Position numbers and translations under genes: made by a program. A stretch of DNA of 59,648 bases, filler included, from Chthonomonadaceae bacterium (GTDB lineage Bacteria > Armatimonadota > Chthonomonadetes > Chthonomonadales > Chthonomonadaceae): NCBI GenBank assembly GCA_035650735.1. It is 4 parts of 4 records of this genome, joined end to end, with 100 filler letters (N's around TTAATTAATTAA, not from the genome) between each part and the next. Parts side by side here need not be neighbours in the genome. Positions count along the whole stretch, not along the records: positions 1 to 17,726 come from DASRGZ010000189.1; 3 more parts are not named here. One strand, written 5' to 3'. Of this stretch, positions 1-9,099 are shown piece by piece; the first letter of the stretch is position 1; every line of letters starts with the position of its first letter. Under the pieces are notes generated by a model. It had not been told where the DNA came from. It saw only the letters and a program-made list of their open reading frames with translations, and made no database searches.

Positions 1-1
1 C

Positions 2-934
2 ATCCTCAAGCCCCAGGTCGCCCCGGTCTGCGCGGAGACCGACTGGATGCGCGAGGCGGGCAAGCGGCTGGAGAAATACAACCTCAAGCTCGTCTCCTGG
101 ACGGTCTGCAACCACAACACGCGCCTCGGGCTGCTCCACCCGGAATGTACCGTGCATAACTGCTTTGGCGACAGCTATCCGCACGCGCTCTGCCCCGCCA
201 ACGACCACGTCCGCAACTATGTGACCGCGCTGTGCCATGACCTGGCCAACAATTTGCCGCTGCACGCCGTTCAGCTTGAGTCGCCGGACTACATGGGCTG
301 GCAGCATGGGCACCACCACGAGCGCGACCTGACCGTGCTGAACCCGCTGGAGCAGACCCTCATGGATTTTTGCTTCTGCCCAAGCTGCACGCGCAAAGCC
401 GAAGGCAAGCATGTGGATATCGCCGCCGTCCGAGCCAGAGTTCGGGAGATCCTGGAGGCAGCCATGGCGCACGCGCCGGGACGTCCCGCAGGCCACCCGG
501 AGACGCTGGAGCAGGTGGCGGAGCGCGTGCCCGAACTGGCCGCCTATCGAGCGTTCCGCAAAGAGATCGAGAACACGCTGATCGCCGAGATCAAGGTAGC
601 TATGCAGCCCTCGTCTGCCAGGCTGTTTCTGCTGGGCGGCTATCATCCCCAGATCGCCGGCGCAGTGGATGTCTTTAACTCCGGCGTCTACGGGCAGCGC
701 CCCGCGCAGGTGCTCGAATCGACCCGCGCCGCCAGAGCGCCGCTCGGCCCGCAGCACGAGCTCTACATCGGCGTTCGCCTGGGCCTGAACTCGGTCTTCA
801 GCGCCCAGGATCTGACCGATATTGTCCAGGCGGTGAAGGCGGGCGGCGGCGACGGCGTCATGTTCTACAACTATAGCGAGTCCCCGATGACGGCGCTCAA
901 CTGGATCAAGCCCGCGCTGGCCGGCGGGCGGTAA
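2..934 (+). CDS. Hypothetical protein, possible glycoside-hydrolase-like TIM barrel (5' partial)
   Basis: Frame open from the window edge; motifs HNTRLG, LCPAN, QLESPDY, HGHHHER, CFCxxC and C-terminal GVMFYNY. Confidence 0.55.
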   Translation: MLKPQVAPVCAETDWMREAGKRLEKYNLKLVSWTVCNHNTRLGLLHPECTVHNCFGDSYPHALCPANDHVRNYVTALCHDLANNLPLHAVQLESPDYMGWQHGHHHERDLTVLNPLEQTLMDFCFCPSCTRKAEGKHVDIAAVRARVREILEAAMAHAPGRPAGHPETLEQVAERVPELAAYRAFRKEIENTLIAEIKVAMQPSSARLFLLGGYHPQIAGAVDVFNSGVYGQRPAQVLESTRAARAPLGPQHELYIGVRLGLNSVFSAQDLTDIVQAVKAGGGDGVMFYNYSESPMTALNWIKPALAGGR

Positions 935-944
935 CTTCTTTAGC

Positions 945-2945
945 TTGATGGCTCCTGGAAACTTTCCCGAACGGATAACTCCAAACCCAGAACTCTCCGA
1001 GCGGGCTGGCGTCCAGGCCGCGCCGCGCTACGCGGCGGTGACCTGGCGCGCGGTCCTGCTCGGCCTGTTCGGCGCGGTCAGCGTCACCGCCATTCAGGTC
1101 GCCTCCAAAGTCACGCCCCGCACGGTCGTGCTGCCCTTCCAGAGCGCGCTGACGCTGCTCTCCGGCGCCATTTTCTGGCTGTTCCTGCTGGCCCTACTCA
1201 ATATCGCCTGGAAGCGCTGGCGCCCGCAGAGCGCCCTGCGTCCCGCCGAATTCGCCGTCATCTACGGCATCACCACCGTCGCGGCGGCCATCGGCGCCCA
1301 GGACGAAGTGATGCAGTTATTCCCCATGTTCGTCTACCCGTTTCGCGCCACGCAGAACGAGGCGATGGGGCCGTTTCGACAGTTCATTCCGTCCTGGCTG
1401 GCGCCTCAGGATCCCGCCATCGTAGAGCCTTATTACCTCGGCGGCGGCACCTTCTGGACGCCTCGGCTGTTGGCGGCCTGGGCGATTCCGTTCCTGACCT
1501 GGATGACCTGGCTGACCGTGCTGGGAGCGACGATGTGGGCCTGGAACGTGATCCTGCGCCGCCGCTGGATGGATCACGACCGTCTGGCCTTTCCCTGTTT
1601 GCAGCTTCCGATGGAGATGTGCCGGGCGGGCGGCTTCGGCGGCGCGCTCTCCGGGCGGCTCTTCTGGGGCGGGCTGCTCTTCTCCACGCTTTTAGAGAGC
1701 CTGGACCAGGCGCACGCGCGGTTTCCCGGCGTGCCCTCCGTGCCGCTCGGCTTTGCAGCCACGCCCATGCTGGAGGCGGCCTCCCCGCCCTGGAATGCCC
1801 TCGCGCCCATGTATCTGGCCTGGAGCACCGTCCATCTGGGCGTCTGTTACTTCATCCCGCTGGATATTCTCTTCAGCGGCTGGTTCTTCTACCTGTTCCG
1901 CAAGGCGATGGAGGTGTTCGGCTTCGCGATGGGCTGGCGCGAGCTTGGCTGGGACGCGGCGGGCTTCCCGTTTACGCGCGTTCAGGCGGCAGGCGCCTGG
2001 ATCGCGCTGTTCTTCCTGTTGGTCTGGGCCGAGCGGCATCACCTCAAGCGCGTGCTGACGGCGGCTTTCTCGCGCGGCGTGCCCATCAACGACGCGGGCG
2101 AACCTGGCTCCTACCGTTGGGCGGGTCGTATCCTCGTGTTGGGCACCCTCTTTCTCATCGCCTTCAGCGTGGCAACGGGGATGTCGCTCTCGCTGGCCCT
2201 GGTCTTCTACGGCTTTTTCTGGATGCTCAACGTGACCATGACCCGCATCTATGCGCAGGTCGGCCCGCCCATCCTGGAGCTCTACTTCCTCGACCCGCAG
2301 AAGACGATCACGACCGTTCTGGGCACCTACTGGCAGTCGCCCCGCTCCCTGACGCTCTTTTCACTGATGTACTGGATCAATCGCACCGACCGGGGGCATC
2401 CGATGGCCCATCAGTTAGCGGCGTTCCGTATCGGCAAGGCCACCAACACCGAGCCGCGCGCCCTGGGCAGGTGGGTGCTGATCGCCTTTATCGTCGGCTG
2501 CGCGGTCTGCATTGTGGCGGGGCTGCATTGGGCCTATCGCGTTGGAGAGGATCAGTACGTGGAGGGCGGCTGGCGGGAGGCGTTCGCGCCGCTGGCCGTT
2601 TCGCGCATCAACGATTGGGTCAAGACGCCCAAGGGGCCGCAGTGGACGGAAGTGGGCTTTATGGTGATCGGCGGGGTCGTCACGCTGGCGCTGGCCAAAC
2701 TCAACTACACGTTCATCGGCTGTCCATTCCATCCCATCGGCTTCGCGCTGGCGATGTGCTACACGCTGGAGTACAACTGGCCCGCCTTCCTGGGCATCTG
2801 GACCCTCAAAGGGCTGCTGCTGCGCTACGGCGGGCGCAGCCTCTACCAGCGCCTTGTTCCCTTCTTCCTGGGATTGGTGCTGGGAGGCCTGGTCGCGCCG
2901 GTCTGCTGGGGCTTCATCGCCTATCTGTTTGAATGGTACAGGTGA
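945..2945 (+). CDS. Large polytopic membrane protein, OPT-superfamily-like (DUF6785/DUF6784-type) putative transporter
   Basis: 666 aa with many hydrophobic helices; motifs RRRWMDHDRLAFP, PFHPIGF, LLRYGG...Y..LVPFFLGL. Confidence 0.65.
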   Translation: MMAPGNFPERITPNPELSERAGVQAAPRYAAVTWRAVLLGLFGAVSVTAIQVASKVTPRTVVLPFQSALTLLSGAIFWLFLLALLNIAWKRWRPQSALRPAEFAVIYGITTVAAAIGAQDEVMQLFPMFVYPFRATQNEAMGPFRQFIPSWLAPQDPAIVEPYYLGGGTFWTPRLLAAWAIPFLTWMTWLTVLGATMWAWNVILRRRWMDHDRLAFPCLQLPMEMCRAGGFGGALSGRLFWGGLLFSTLLESLDQAHARFPGVPSVPLGFAATPMLEAASPPWNALAPMYLAWSTVHLGVCYFIPLDILFSGWFFYLFRKAMEVFGFAMGWRELGWDAAGFPFTRVQAAGAWIALFFLLVWAERHHLKRVLTAAFSRGVPINDAGEPGSYRWAGRILVLGTLFLIAFSVATGMSLSLALVFYGFFWMLNVTMTRIYAQVGPPILELYFLDPQKTITTVLGTYWQSPRSLTLFSLMYWINRTDRGHPMAHQLAAFRIGKATNTEPRALGRWVLIAFIVGCAVCIVAGLHWAYRVGEDQYVEGGWREAFAPLAVSRINDWVKTPKGPQWTEVGFMVIGGVVTLALAKLNYTFIGCPFHPIGFALAMCYTLEYNWPAFLGIWTLKGLLLRYGGRSLYQRLVPFFLGLVLGGLVAPVCWGFIAYLFEWYR

Positions 2946-2975
2946 GACACAGGGCAACCGCCTTGAGAAGCGCAA

Positions 2976-3068
2976 TGACCGGATAAAACGGATAGGAACG
3001 ATGCCTGGCGGAACGAGCGGGTCAAACTCATGATGATCAGAGGTAACGCCTTCGCCAGAAAGCTCGCG
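2976..3068 (-). pseudogene. C-terminal remnant of a PIN/VapC toxin
   Basis: Reads RELSGEGVTSDHHEFDPLVPPGIVPIRFIR, resembling the VTSDHHEFD tail of PIN toxins; no start, fused out of frame to the upstream ORF. Confidence 0.55.
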
Positions 3069-3489
3069 AAAACTTCCTCTCCTCCAATTCGATCTCCTCT
3101 TGCTTCCGACGCATGAACTCTTCGGAGCTTGGGAGGATGCCGGCAAACTTGCCCATTCCTATAAGTTGGCGGCGCGCTTGTGCAGGTTCCTGCGCTGCGT
3201 TCTGCTTCGACTTTGCATGTGAAGCGGTCTTCTCTGGATAGTCCTGCTTTCGGAATTTCTCCGCAATCGCCTGAGCAACCGGAGATAATTCAGAGGTTGG
3301 TGGCTCAAACTCTACCTTATCCGCGTCTTCCAACAGAGAGGCGAGGGCTTCCTGAAGCGTCTGGCCGTTGGCGCTAAACTCCTCTTCTGGAACAACAATG
3401 ACCTTAAAACTCCGTTCCCCGAAATTGGCGGCGCGCAGTTGTTCGGTTATCTCCTCAATAGTGCCTTCAAACACTTGGGGCTGTGCCAT
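3037..3489 (-). CDS. Antitoxin-like small protein, probably a chimera of two antitoxin-like genes
   Basis: GGAGG RBS and upstream TATAAT; MAQPQVFEGT...AEKFRKQ module joined to a GMGKFAGILPSSEEFMRRKQEEIELE module; lower GC than flanks. Confidence 0.55.
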   Translation of the reverse strand: MAQPQVFEGTIEEITEQLRAANFGERSFKVIVVPEEEFSANGQTLQEALASLLEDADKVEFEPPTSELSPVAQAIAEKFRKQDYPEKTASHAKSKQNAAQEPAQARRQLIGMGKFAGILPSSEEFMRRKQEEIELEERKFSRAFWRRRYL

Positions 3490-3609
3490 CTTCTTTTACC
3501 TCCGGGTCCATCGTGGCTCTATTATAACATAGAGACTTTCGCGCCGAATAGAAGTCCCTGTGCTACGGGCAGGGCGGCGCTGCGTCCCCAGAGATGGCGG
3601 CGCTCCTCT

Positions 3610-5418
3610 CTATCCGTTCTGGACGGGGGCAAGCGCCGCGAAGCGGTCAATGAAGCCCCGAACGATGTCCAGGCTGCTGCGCCAGAAGTCGGGCGTGCGA
3701 ATTTCGATGCCGAACTGCCCCGCCAGGGTGGCGGCGTCCGCCATGCCGGTAGAAGAGAGAAGGTCATCGTAACTGGCCTTAAAGCCTTCAGGGTCTTCCT
3801 GATAGCGCGCGTAGAGACCCAGCCCGAACAGCAGCCCGAACATATAGGGATAGTTGTAGAACGCCGAGCCATAATAGTGGGGCTTGGCCGCCCACATAAA
3901 CTTATGCAGCGCTTCCGGGTCCAGCCCGTCGCCGTAAGTGTCCCGCTGCGCCTCTAGCATCAGCCGGTTGAACTCCTCCACCGACAGCTCGCGCTGCCGC
4001 CGGGCCGCAAACACGTTCCCCTCGAACAGGAACCGGCTGGTAATGTCCACGACCACCTGGCACGCCCCCTGCAGAAACTCCTCCAGGATCTCGATCTGGC
4101 CCTGCGTGTCGGCCTGCTGGAGCGCCGCCTGCATGATGATGGTCTCGCAAAAGATGCTGGCCGTCTCGGCCAGGGGCATCGGCGTGCTGCGCTGTAGCGG
4201 CGTGCGCTGGGCCAGGTTCAGGTTGTGGTAGGCGTGCCCCAGTTCGTGGGCCAGCGTGGTAACTCCGCCGAACGCATAGTTATAGTTGGACAGGATGCGC
4301 GACTCGCCCGGGCGAATGCCGGTGCAGTAGGCGCCGCCAACCTTGCCCGCGCGCGGCTCAGCATCTATCCAGTTCTCGCGGAAGGCGCGCTCCGCGAAGC
4401 GGCGTAACCGATCCGAATACGCGCCAAAATTCTCCGTCACGAACGCGATCGCGTCCTGATAGCGCCATTCGGCGCCCTGCGCGCCGATAGGGGCGAACAG
4501 GTCGTACCAGGCCAGGCGGGGCAGGCCCAGAAAGCATGCCTTCGTGTGCAGGTAACGCCGGAAGTCCGGGAACGACTCGCGCGCCGCCTCCAGCATGGCC
4601 TCCAGCGTCTGGCGGTCCAGGCTGTTGTTGAAGAGCGCGGCGTCCAGGGGCGTCTCCCAGGCACGCCGCTGTGCCAGCAGGTTCGTCTCTCCCTTGATGC
4701 TGTTGAGCGCGGCGGCAATCGGCAGCGCGGCCTGCTCCCAGGCTCCCAGCTCGGCCTCATAGGCGCGGCGGCGCACGTCCCGGTCGGCTTCAAAGGCCAG
4801 GTTTCGGATCTGGCTCATCGGCAGATGCTCGACTTTGCCGTCGCGCTCGAACGGCACGGTCAATCGTGACGTAAAATTATCATAAAGCTTTTCCCAGGCG
4901 GTGCTGCCCGTCAGATTCAGCTCCACCGCCAGCGCTTCTTCCGCCGGACTCATCAGGTGCGCCGCCCGCTGCCAGGCTTTGCGCAGCGCGAACGCATGCG
5001 CGCGGGCGCTCTCCGAACGGGCGATCAGCGCCTCCACATCCAGGGAGCCGATCCAAGCGGTAAAGCGTGTGGCAAGCTGCTGCAAGCGTACCCGGTGCTG
5101 CTCCAGCTCGCTCATCCGGGCCTGCGCCACGTCGTTGCGCGAATTGGTGGAGACGAAGCACTGAATATAGACTGCCACCGTCCGCACCTGTTCCAGCACG
5201 GCGTTGTAGCGCTGGATCACCGTCTCAAAGGTCTGTATTGCCTCTGCGTCGAGTGGAGCAGGGGCGCGCTGCCCGATGCCCGCGCTGTCAAAAAGCGCCA
5301 CTAATTCACCAATGGACTCAATCGTCGCGCGGAAACCCTGCGCAAACTCCGGCGACTCCAGGCCCGGAAAGATGGGCGTCATGTCCCAGTGAGGCAGCGG
5401 ATCACGTACTGTCGTCAT
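3610..5418 (-). CDS. pepF: Oligoendopeptidase F (M3B peptidase)
   Basis: HELGH zinc motif, GKxGGAYC, AETASIFCE, PHYY..FYNYPY; start placed at MTTVRDPLPHWD. Confidence 0.9.
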   Translation of the reverse strand: MTTVRDPLPHWDMTPIFPGLESPEFAQGFRATIESIGELVALFDSAGIGQRAPAPLDAEAIQTFETVIQRYNAVLEQVRTVAVYIQCFVSTNSRNDVAQARMSELEQHRVRLQQLATRFTAWIGSLDVEALIARSESARAHAFALRKAWQRAAHLMSPAEEALAVELNLTGSTAWEKLYDNFTSRLTVPFERDGKVEHLPMSQIRNLAFEADRDVRRRAYEAELGAWEQAALPIAAALNSIKGETNLLAQRRAWETPLDAALFNNSLDRQTLEAMLEAARESFPDFRRYLHTKACFLGLPRLAWYDLFAPIGAQGAEWRYQDAIAFVTENFGAYSDRLRRFAERAFRENWIDAEPRAGKVGGAYCTGIRPGESRILSNYNYAFGGVTTLAHELGHAYHNLNLAQRTPLQRSTPMPLAETASIFCETIIMQAALQQADTQGQIEILEEFLQGACQVVVDITSRFLFEGNVFAARRQRELSVEEFNRLMLEAQRDTYGDGLDPEALHKFMWAAKPHYYGSAFYNYPYMFGLLFGLGLYARYQEDPEGFKASYDDLLSSTGMADAATLAGQFGIEIRTPDFWRSSLDIVRGFIDRFAALAPVQNG

Positions 5419-5645
5419 AGGCTTTTTCCTGATCGGGAAGGTAATTCTGGCTTTGCTCTGCAACCTATAGAGCAGCCAGGCTCTCATAGAGCAGCCATGC
5501 TCCCAAGGAGCGACGGTGCTTTCTCTACCCGGTATCGTCTTTCCTTCTATTTACGCACTATATACGCGCTACAAGGCAACAGGTATCAAATAGCAAAAAG
5601 GAGCGCCTAATAGCATTAGTATGCCATTAAGATAAGGAGGAAAAC

Positions 5646-6479
5646 ATGGACCCCACATGTTTGCAGTACCGGCTGACCGCCGAAGAGAAACGCAGGTTTG
5701 AGGAGACGGGCTTGCTGATGATAGAGAACGCCCTCTCGCCGGAGCAGGTCGCGGCCCTGACGGAAGCTGCCGACCGCATCTACGCGCGCAAACTCGCCGA
5801 AGGGCACGATCCCCACACCGCCCTCTTTTACCCTAACTTTATTCCCGAGGAGCCCCTGTTTGCTGACCTGGTGGATTACGAAAAGGTGCTGCCCAAAGTC
5901 TGGGGGATACTGGGCTGGAATATCTATCTCTATCATGCCCATCTCATCGTGACCCCACCCTCCGGCAAGCCCCAGGACGACAAGACGTTCGGATGGCATC
6001 AGGATAGCGGGCGCGTGAACGTTGAGATTGAATCGCACCCACGACCCCGGCTCTCGCTCAAGGTCGCCTACTTCCTCTCCGATACCAGCGTGCCGGGGCG
6101 CGGCAACTTCTGGGTCGTGCCCGGCAGTCACCTCTGCGATACCCTGGAGCGCTCACCGGACGGTATCGGCCAGCCGGAGGGCGCGGCGCCGGTGCTGGCC
6201 AAACCGGGCACGGCGGTCTTCTTCGACCGACGGCTGTGGCATACGGCCAGCCCGAACTGGTCGGACGTGACCCGCAAAGTGCTCTTCTACGGCTATGGCT
6301 ATCGCTGGATTCGCACCAAGGACGACATGACCGTTCAGGGCCTCTGGGAGAAGAGCGATCCCATTCGGCGGCAGCTTTTGGGCTGGGGCGTCAACGCCAA
6401 CGGCCACTACTCCCCAACCGACGCCGACGTTCCCCTGCGCCTCTGGCTGCGCGAGCACAGCCCGGAGGAGGCTCAGTAA
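5646..6479 (+). CDS. Phytanoyl-CoA dioxygenase family (Fe/2OG) protein
   Basis: WHQD, VPGSH and FFDRRLWH motifs; AGGAGG RBS. Confidence 0.85.
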   Translation: MDPTCLQYRLTAEEKRRFEETGLLMIENALSPEQVAALTEAADRIYARKLAEGHDPHTALFYPNFIPEEPLFADLVDYEKVLPKVWGILGWNIYLYHAHLIVTPPSGKPQDDKTFGWHQDSGRVNVEIESHPRPRLSLKVAYFLSDTSVPGRGNFWVVPGSHLCDTLERSPDGIGQPEGAAPVLAKPGTAVFFDRRLWHTASPNWSDVTRKVLFYGYGYRWIRTKDDMTVQGLWEKSDPIRRQLLGWGVNANGHYSPTDADVPLRLWLREHSPEEAQ

Positions 6480-6505
6480 GCCGCTCTGCATTGCCGCGAC
6501 TACAG

Positions 6506-6682
6506 ACCTCACCCCCTTCCCCTCTCCTTCTCAAGGAGAGGGGAGCGGCCCCAGCCCTTTATCCCACTGCCAGGGTTGGGGCTACAATGGACTGCAAGGA
6601 ACGCCGCTCAACGGTTCGGGCCTCCGCCTAGCGACCCTGCGAACGCAGTGAGCGCATCAGGGAAGGGAGCCGGGGGGTTAGG
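6506..6682. repeat. REP/REPIN-like palindrome doublet carrying a nested 45-nt element (6566-6634)
   Basis: CCCCTCTCCTT-CTC-AAGGAGAGGGG and TCCC[insert]CCCT...AGGGAAGGGA arms, ends CCTCACCCCC / GGGGGGTTAGG. Confidence 0.85.
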
Positions 6683-6693
6683 TAAGTGCCGAA

Positions 6694-7311
6694 TTAAAGG
6701 CCGGAGGGATGTAACATCTGTAGGCGGGAATCGCGCTGTAGGCCGGCGGTATCGACGGTGTAGACGCGCGTGATTGTCTCCTGCACGACGACCCAGCCGT
6801 TTCCCCGGCGCATGACGCGATAGCGCGCCCTGTTGCCGGCCCGGCGGTGAGCCAGATAGCCGCCTTCGACCTCTGCCTCACGCGGGCCAAGCCAGCGCAG
6901 AGCGGAGGCTGTCAACAGCAGGCCCTGCGTGCCGGTCAGGCGATCCCGTATCGTGAAGGCGTGGGGCGCCAGGCGCGATGCCTCACGAACCGGCTGCCCC
7001 TCGCGCCGCAGGCGCTTCATCAAGGCGACGCCGGGATTCTGCGGGTGGTCCGTAGTACCGATGTTCAGGAAGTAGACCTTTGCCTTCGGCCACAGAGGTC
7101 CGTAATGCGCCCACTGGTAGCGAAAGACCGCCTCGCGGATAACATCCTGGGGGGCATAGGAACGCTCAGGATGTCCGTGAGGCGGCGCATCGGGTCGCAC
7201 GACGGCCTGGAGGGGGCGGCGGGGCGGCGGGGCGGTCTGTGCGGAGGACATGACCCCGCAGGCCGCCATGCCTGCCAGCAGGCCCAAGACGAAGGAGACA
7301 ACAGGTTTCAT
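6694..7311 (-). CDS. Secreted hypothetical protein
   Basis: GAGGA RBS then MKPVVSFVLGLLAGMAACGVMSSA signal-like N-terminus. Confidence 0.65.
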   Translation of the reverse strand: MKPVVSFVLGLLAGMAACGVMSSAQTAPPPRRPLQAVVRPDAPPHGHPERSYAPQDVIREAVFRYQWAHYGPLWPKAKVYFLNIGTTDHPQNPGVALMKRLRREGQPVREASRLAPHAFTIRDRLTGTQGLLLTASALRWLGPREAEVEGGYLAHRRAGNRARYRVMRRGNGWVVVQETITRVYTVDTAGLQRDSRLQMLHPSGL

Positions 7312-7410
7312 AGCATCCTCTCCAGGTTCCGTCGGCGCCGATTGTCTGCCGCGCCGGGCTCCACGGCAGCCCTGCCATCCCGCGTGGTTCTCTCGAAGGC
7401 TCCCTCTCAG

Positions 7411-7471
7411 AAGGATGAAGGCAGAAGGATGAAAAAAGCAAGGTCTCTTTCCTCCTTCCTCCTTCATCCTT
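7411..7471. repeat. Inverted (A)GGATGAA / TTCATCC(T) heptamer repeat element
   Basis: AAGGATGAAGGCAGAAGGATGAA...CCTTCATCCTT; homologous copy at 10471-10528. Confidence 0.7.
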
Positions 7472-7855
7472 ATCACGGTTTAGGGCTACCGGTTCCGCAT
7501 GCACTGCCTGTGTTCAAAGAGGATGCCAACTGCGGCGCCTCCGGCTCCGTAGATTTACCGTTTTTGCTGCATCCACTCCGCTTGCCTATTATCCCCCTAG
7601 CGCTGCCTGGGCGGTTTAATGAGATGGATCGCTGCTTTCCAGCAGGCCAGCGCGCCCCAAACAACGCCATTTCCTGCACATCCCCTGCTTCCTTATCCTA
7701 CAAAGAATGCCGGATAGCACCGAAGATAAGCGTAGTGCGTTCCCTCTGTTGGGAACAGCAACCCGATGGACGCTGCCCGGCTCCATAGGGCGCAAGCAAG
7801 ACGGCGCCTGTGGAGCGGATGCCTGCGCTGTCGCTTGTCTTGGAGGGTAAATACG

Positions 7856-8737
7856 GTGTTGACAAAAGTGCCGCGTACAGGCCGTCTCGGCGGCTTCACG
7901 CTCATCGAATTGTTGGTTGTGATGGCCATCATCGGCATTCTGGCCGCGATGCTCTTCCCGGTCTTTGCGCACGTGCGCGAGAAGGCGCGGATGTCTACGT
8001 GCGCCAGCAACTGCAAACAGCTCAATATGGCTGTGCAGCTCTACGTACAGGATAACGATGACACGGTGCCCCTGACGTGCGGTTCCAACCCGGACGGCAC
8101 CGGCTTTGCTACCTGGCAGGATACCGTTCAGCCGTATGCCAAGAACTACGCGGTGGTTATCGATCAGGATAGCCCGTTCCATAACACGGACGCCAGGAAC
8201 GACTATGAGTACTGGCTCTCCTATGGCATGATGGGCCGTGCCGCCATCGTCGGCTTTCCCTGGTGGATAACCCGGCAGAGCCCCTGGCTGCAAAACTATG
8301 TGGCGGCGGGCCTGCGCTACGACGGCCTGGCCGGGTCCGCTGATCTGGGCGGCGTGATCTACGCCAATAACACGCCGGTGCCGAGCGCCGCGCTGGCCGG
8401 CGTGGCGCGTCCCGCCGAGTATGCTTTTATCTTCGATGCGGGCAACTTCGACGCCTGGCACGGCCCGGTGCCGGGTCGGCAGGAGGGCATCGGTTATTGT
8501 TATATGTGGGTCGATCCCGGCAAGCCGAATCTCACCCTGACCTTTTCCGGCCCGAATCCGCTCCATGCGGGAGGAAGCTACTTCTGTAATTCGAACACCC
8601 GGGACAAGGACTACGGGAAAGGGATGGCAACCATCTCCTTCTTAGACGGCCACGTCAAAGCCGTCAAGCCGGGCCGTTTCCTGCAGCCGAATACAGATTA
8701 TCCCGATACTCTGGACTATTTCTGGCCCAACAGCTAA
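7856..8737 (+). CDS. Prepilin-type N-terminal cleavage/methylation protein (DUF1559 / H-X9-DG type)
   Basis: [33 protein letters not shown]...CASN; C-terminal FLDGHVK; GGAGG RBS before GTG 7856. Confidence 0.9.
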   Translation: MLTKVPRTGRLGGFTLIELLVVMAIIGILAAMLFPVFAHVREKARMSTCASNCKQLNMAVQLYVQDNDDTVPLTCGSNPDGTGFATWQDTVQPYAKNYAVVIDQDSPFHNTDARNDYEYWLSYGMMGRAAIVGFPWWITRQSPWLQNYVAAGLRYDGLAGSADLGGVIYANNTPVPSAALAGVARPAEYAFIFDAGNFDAWHGPVPGRQEGIGYCYMWVDPGKPNLTLTFSGPNPLHAGGSYFCNSNTRDKDYGKGMATISFLDGHVKAVKPGRFLQPNTDYPDTLDYFWPNS

Positions 8738-8850
8738 GGGGTCTGGAAAGGGGTAATCGCCCTCAGAGGCGTGGATCCCTCTCCAATCGGGCCTTGCAGA
8801 GGAGAAGCATCCACACGCTTGGGGAGGACCATTTGGAAAGGAGTCAAGCC

Positions 8851-9036
8851 ATGAAGAAGCAAATTTCTCCGGCGCTTGCCGTGGCTCTGCTGGCAGCCTT
8901 CGTGCTGTGCATCGGCGGCTTTTTCTATCTGTCGCAGCGCGGCCCCTCCGGCGGGGGGGCGCCCGCCGGGCGCGTCGTGGGCGGCAGGCACTTTCCCCAA
9001 CTGGGCGGTCCTGCCGGCGCCGCTCTGAGAAAATAG
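8851..9036 (+). CDS. Small single-TM protein following the prepilin-type gene
   Basis: AAGGAG RBS; MKKQISP + hydrophobic helix + Gly/Pro-rich tail. Confidence 0.7.
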   Translation: MKKQISPALAVALLAAFVLCIGGFFYLSQRGPSGGGAPAGRVVGGRHFPQLGGPAGAALRK

Positions 9037-9099
9037 CCTGGCGCATCCAGGCAAAAGACCCTGTGCTGCTTTGGGCGCAGGGTCTTCTCATTTCTCCCC

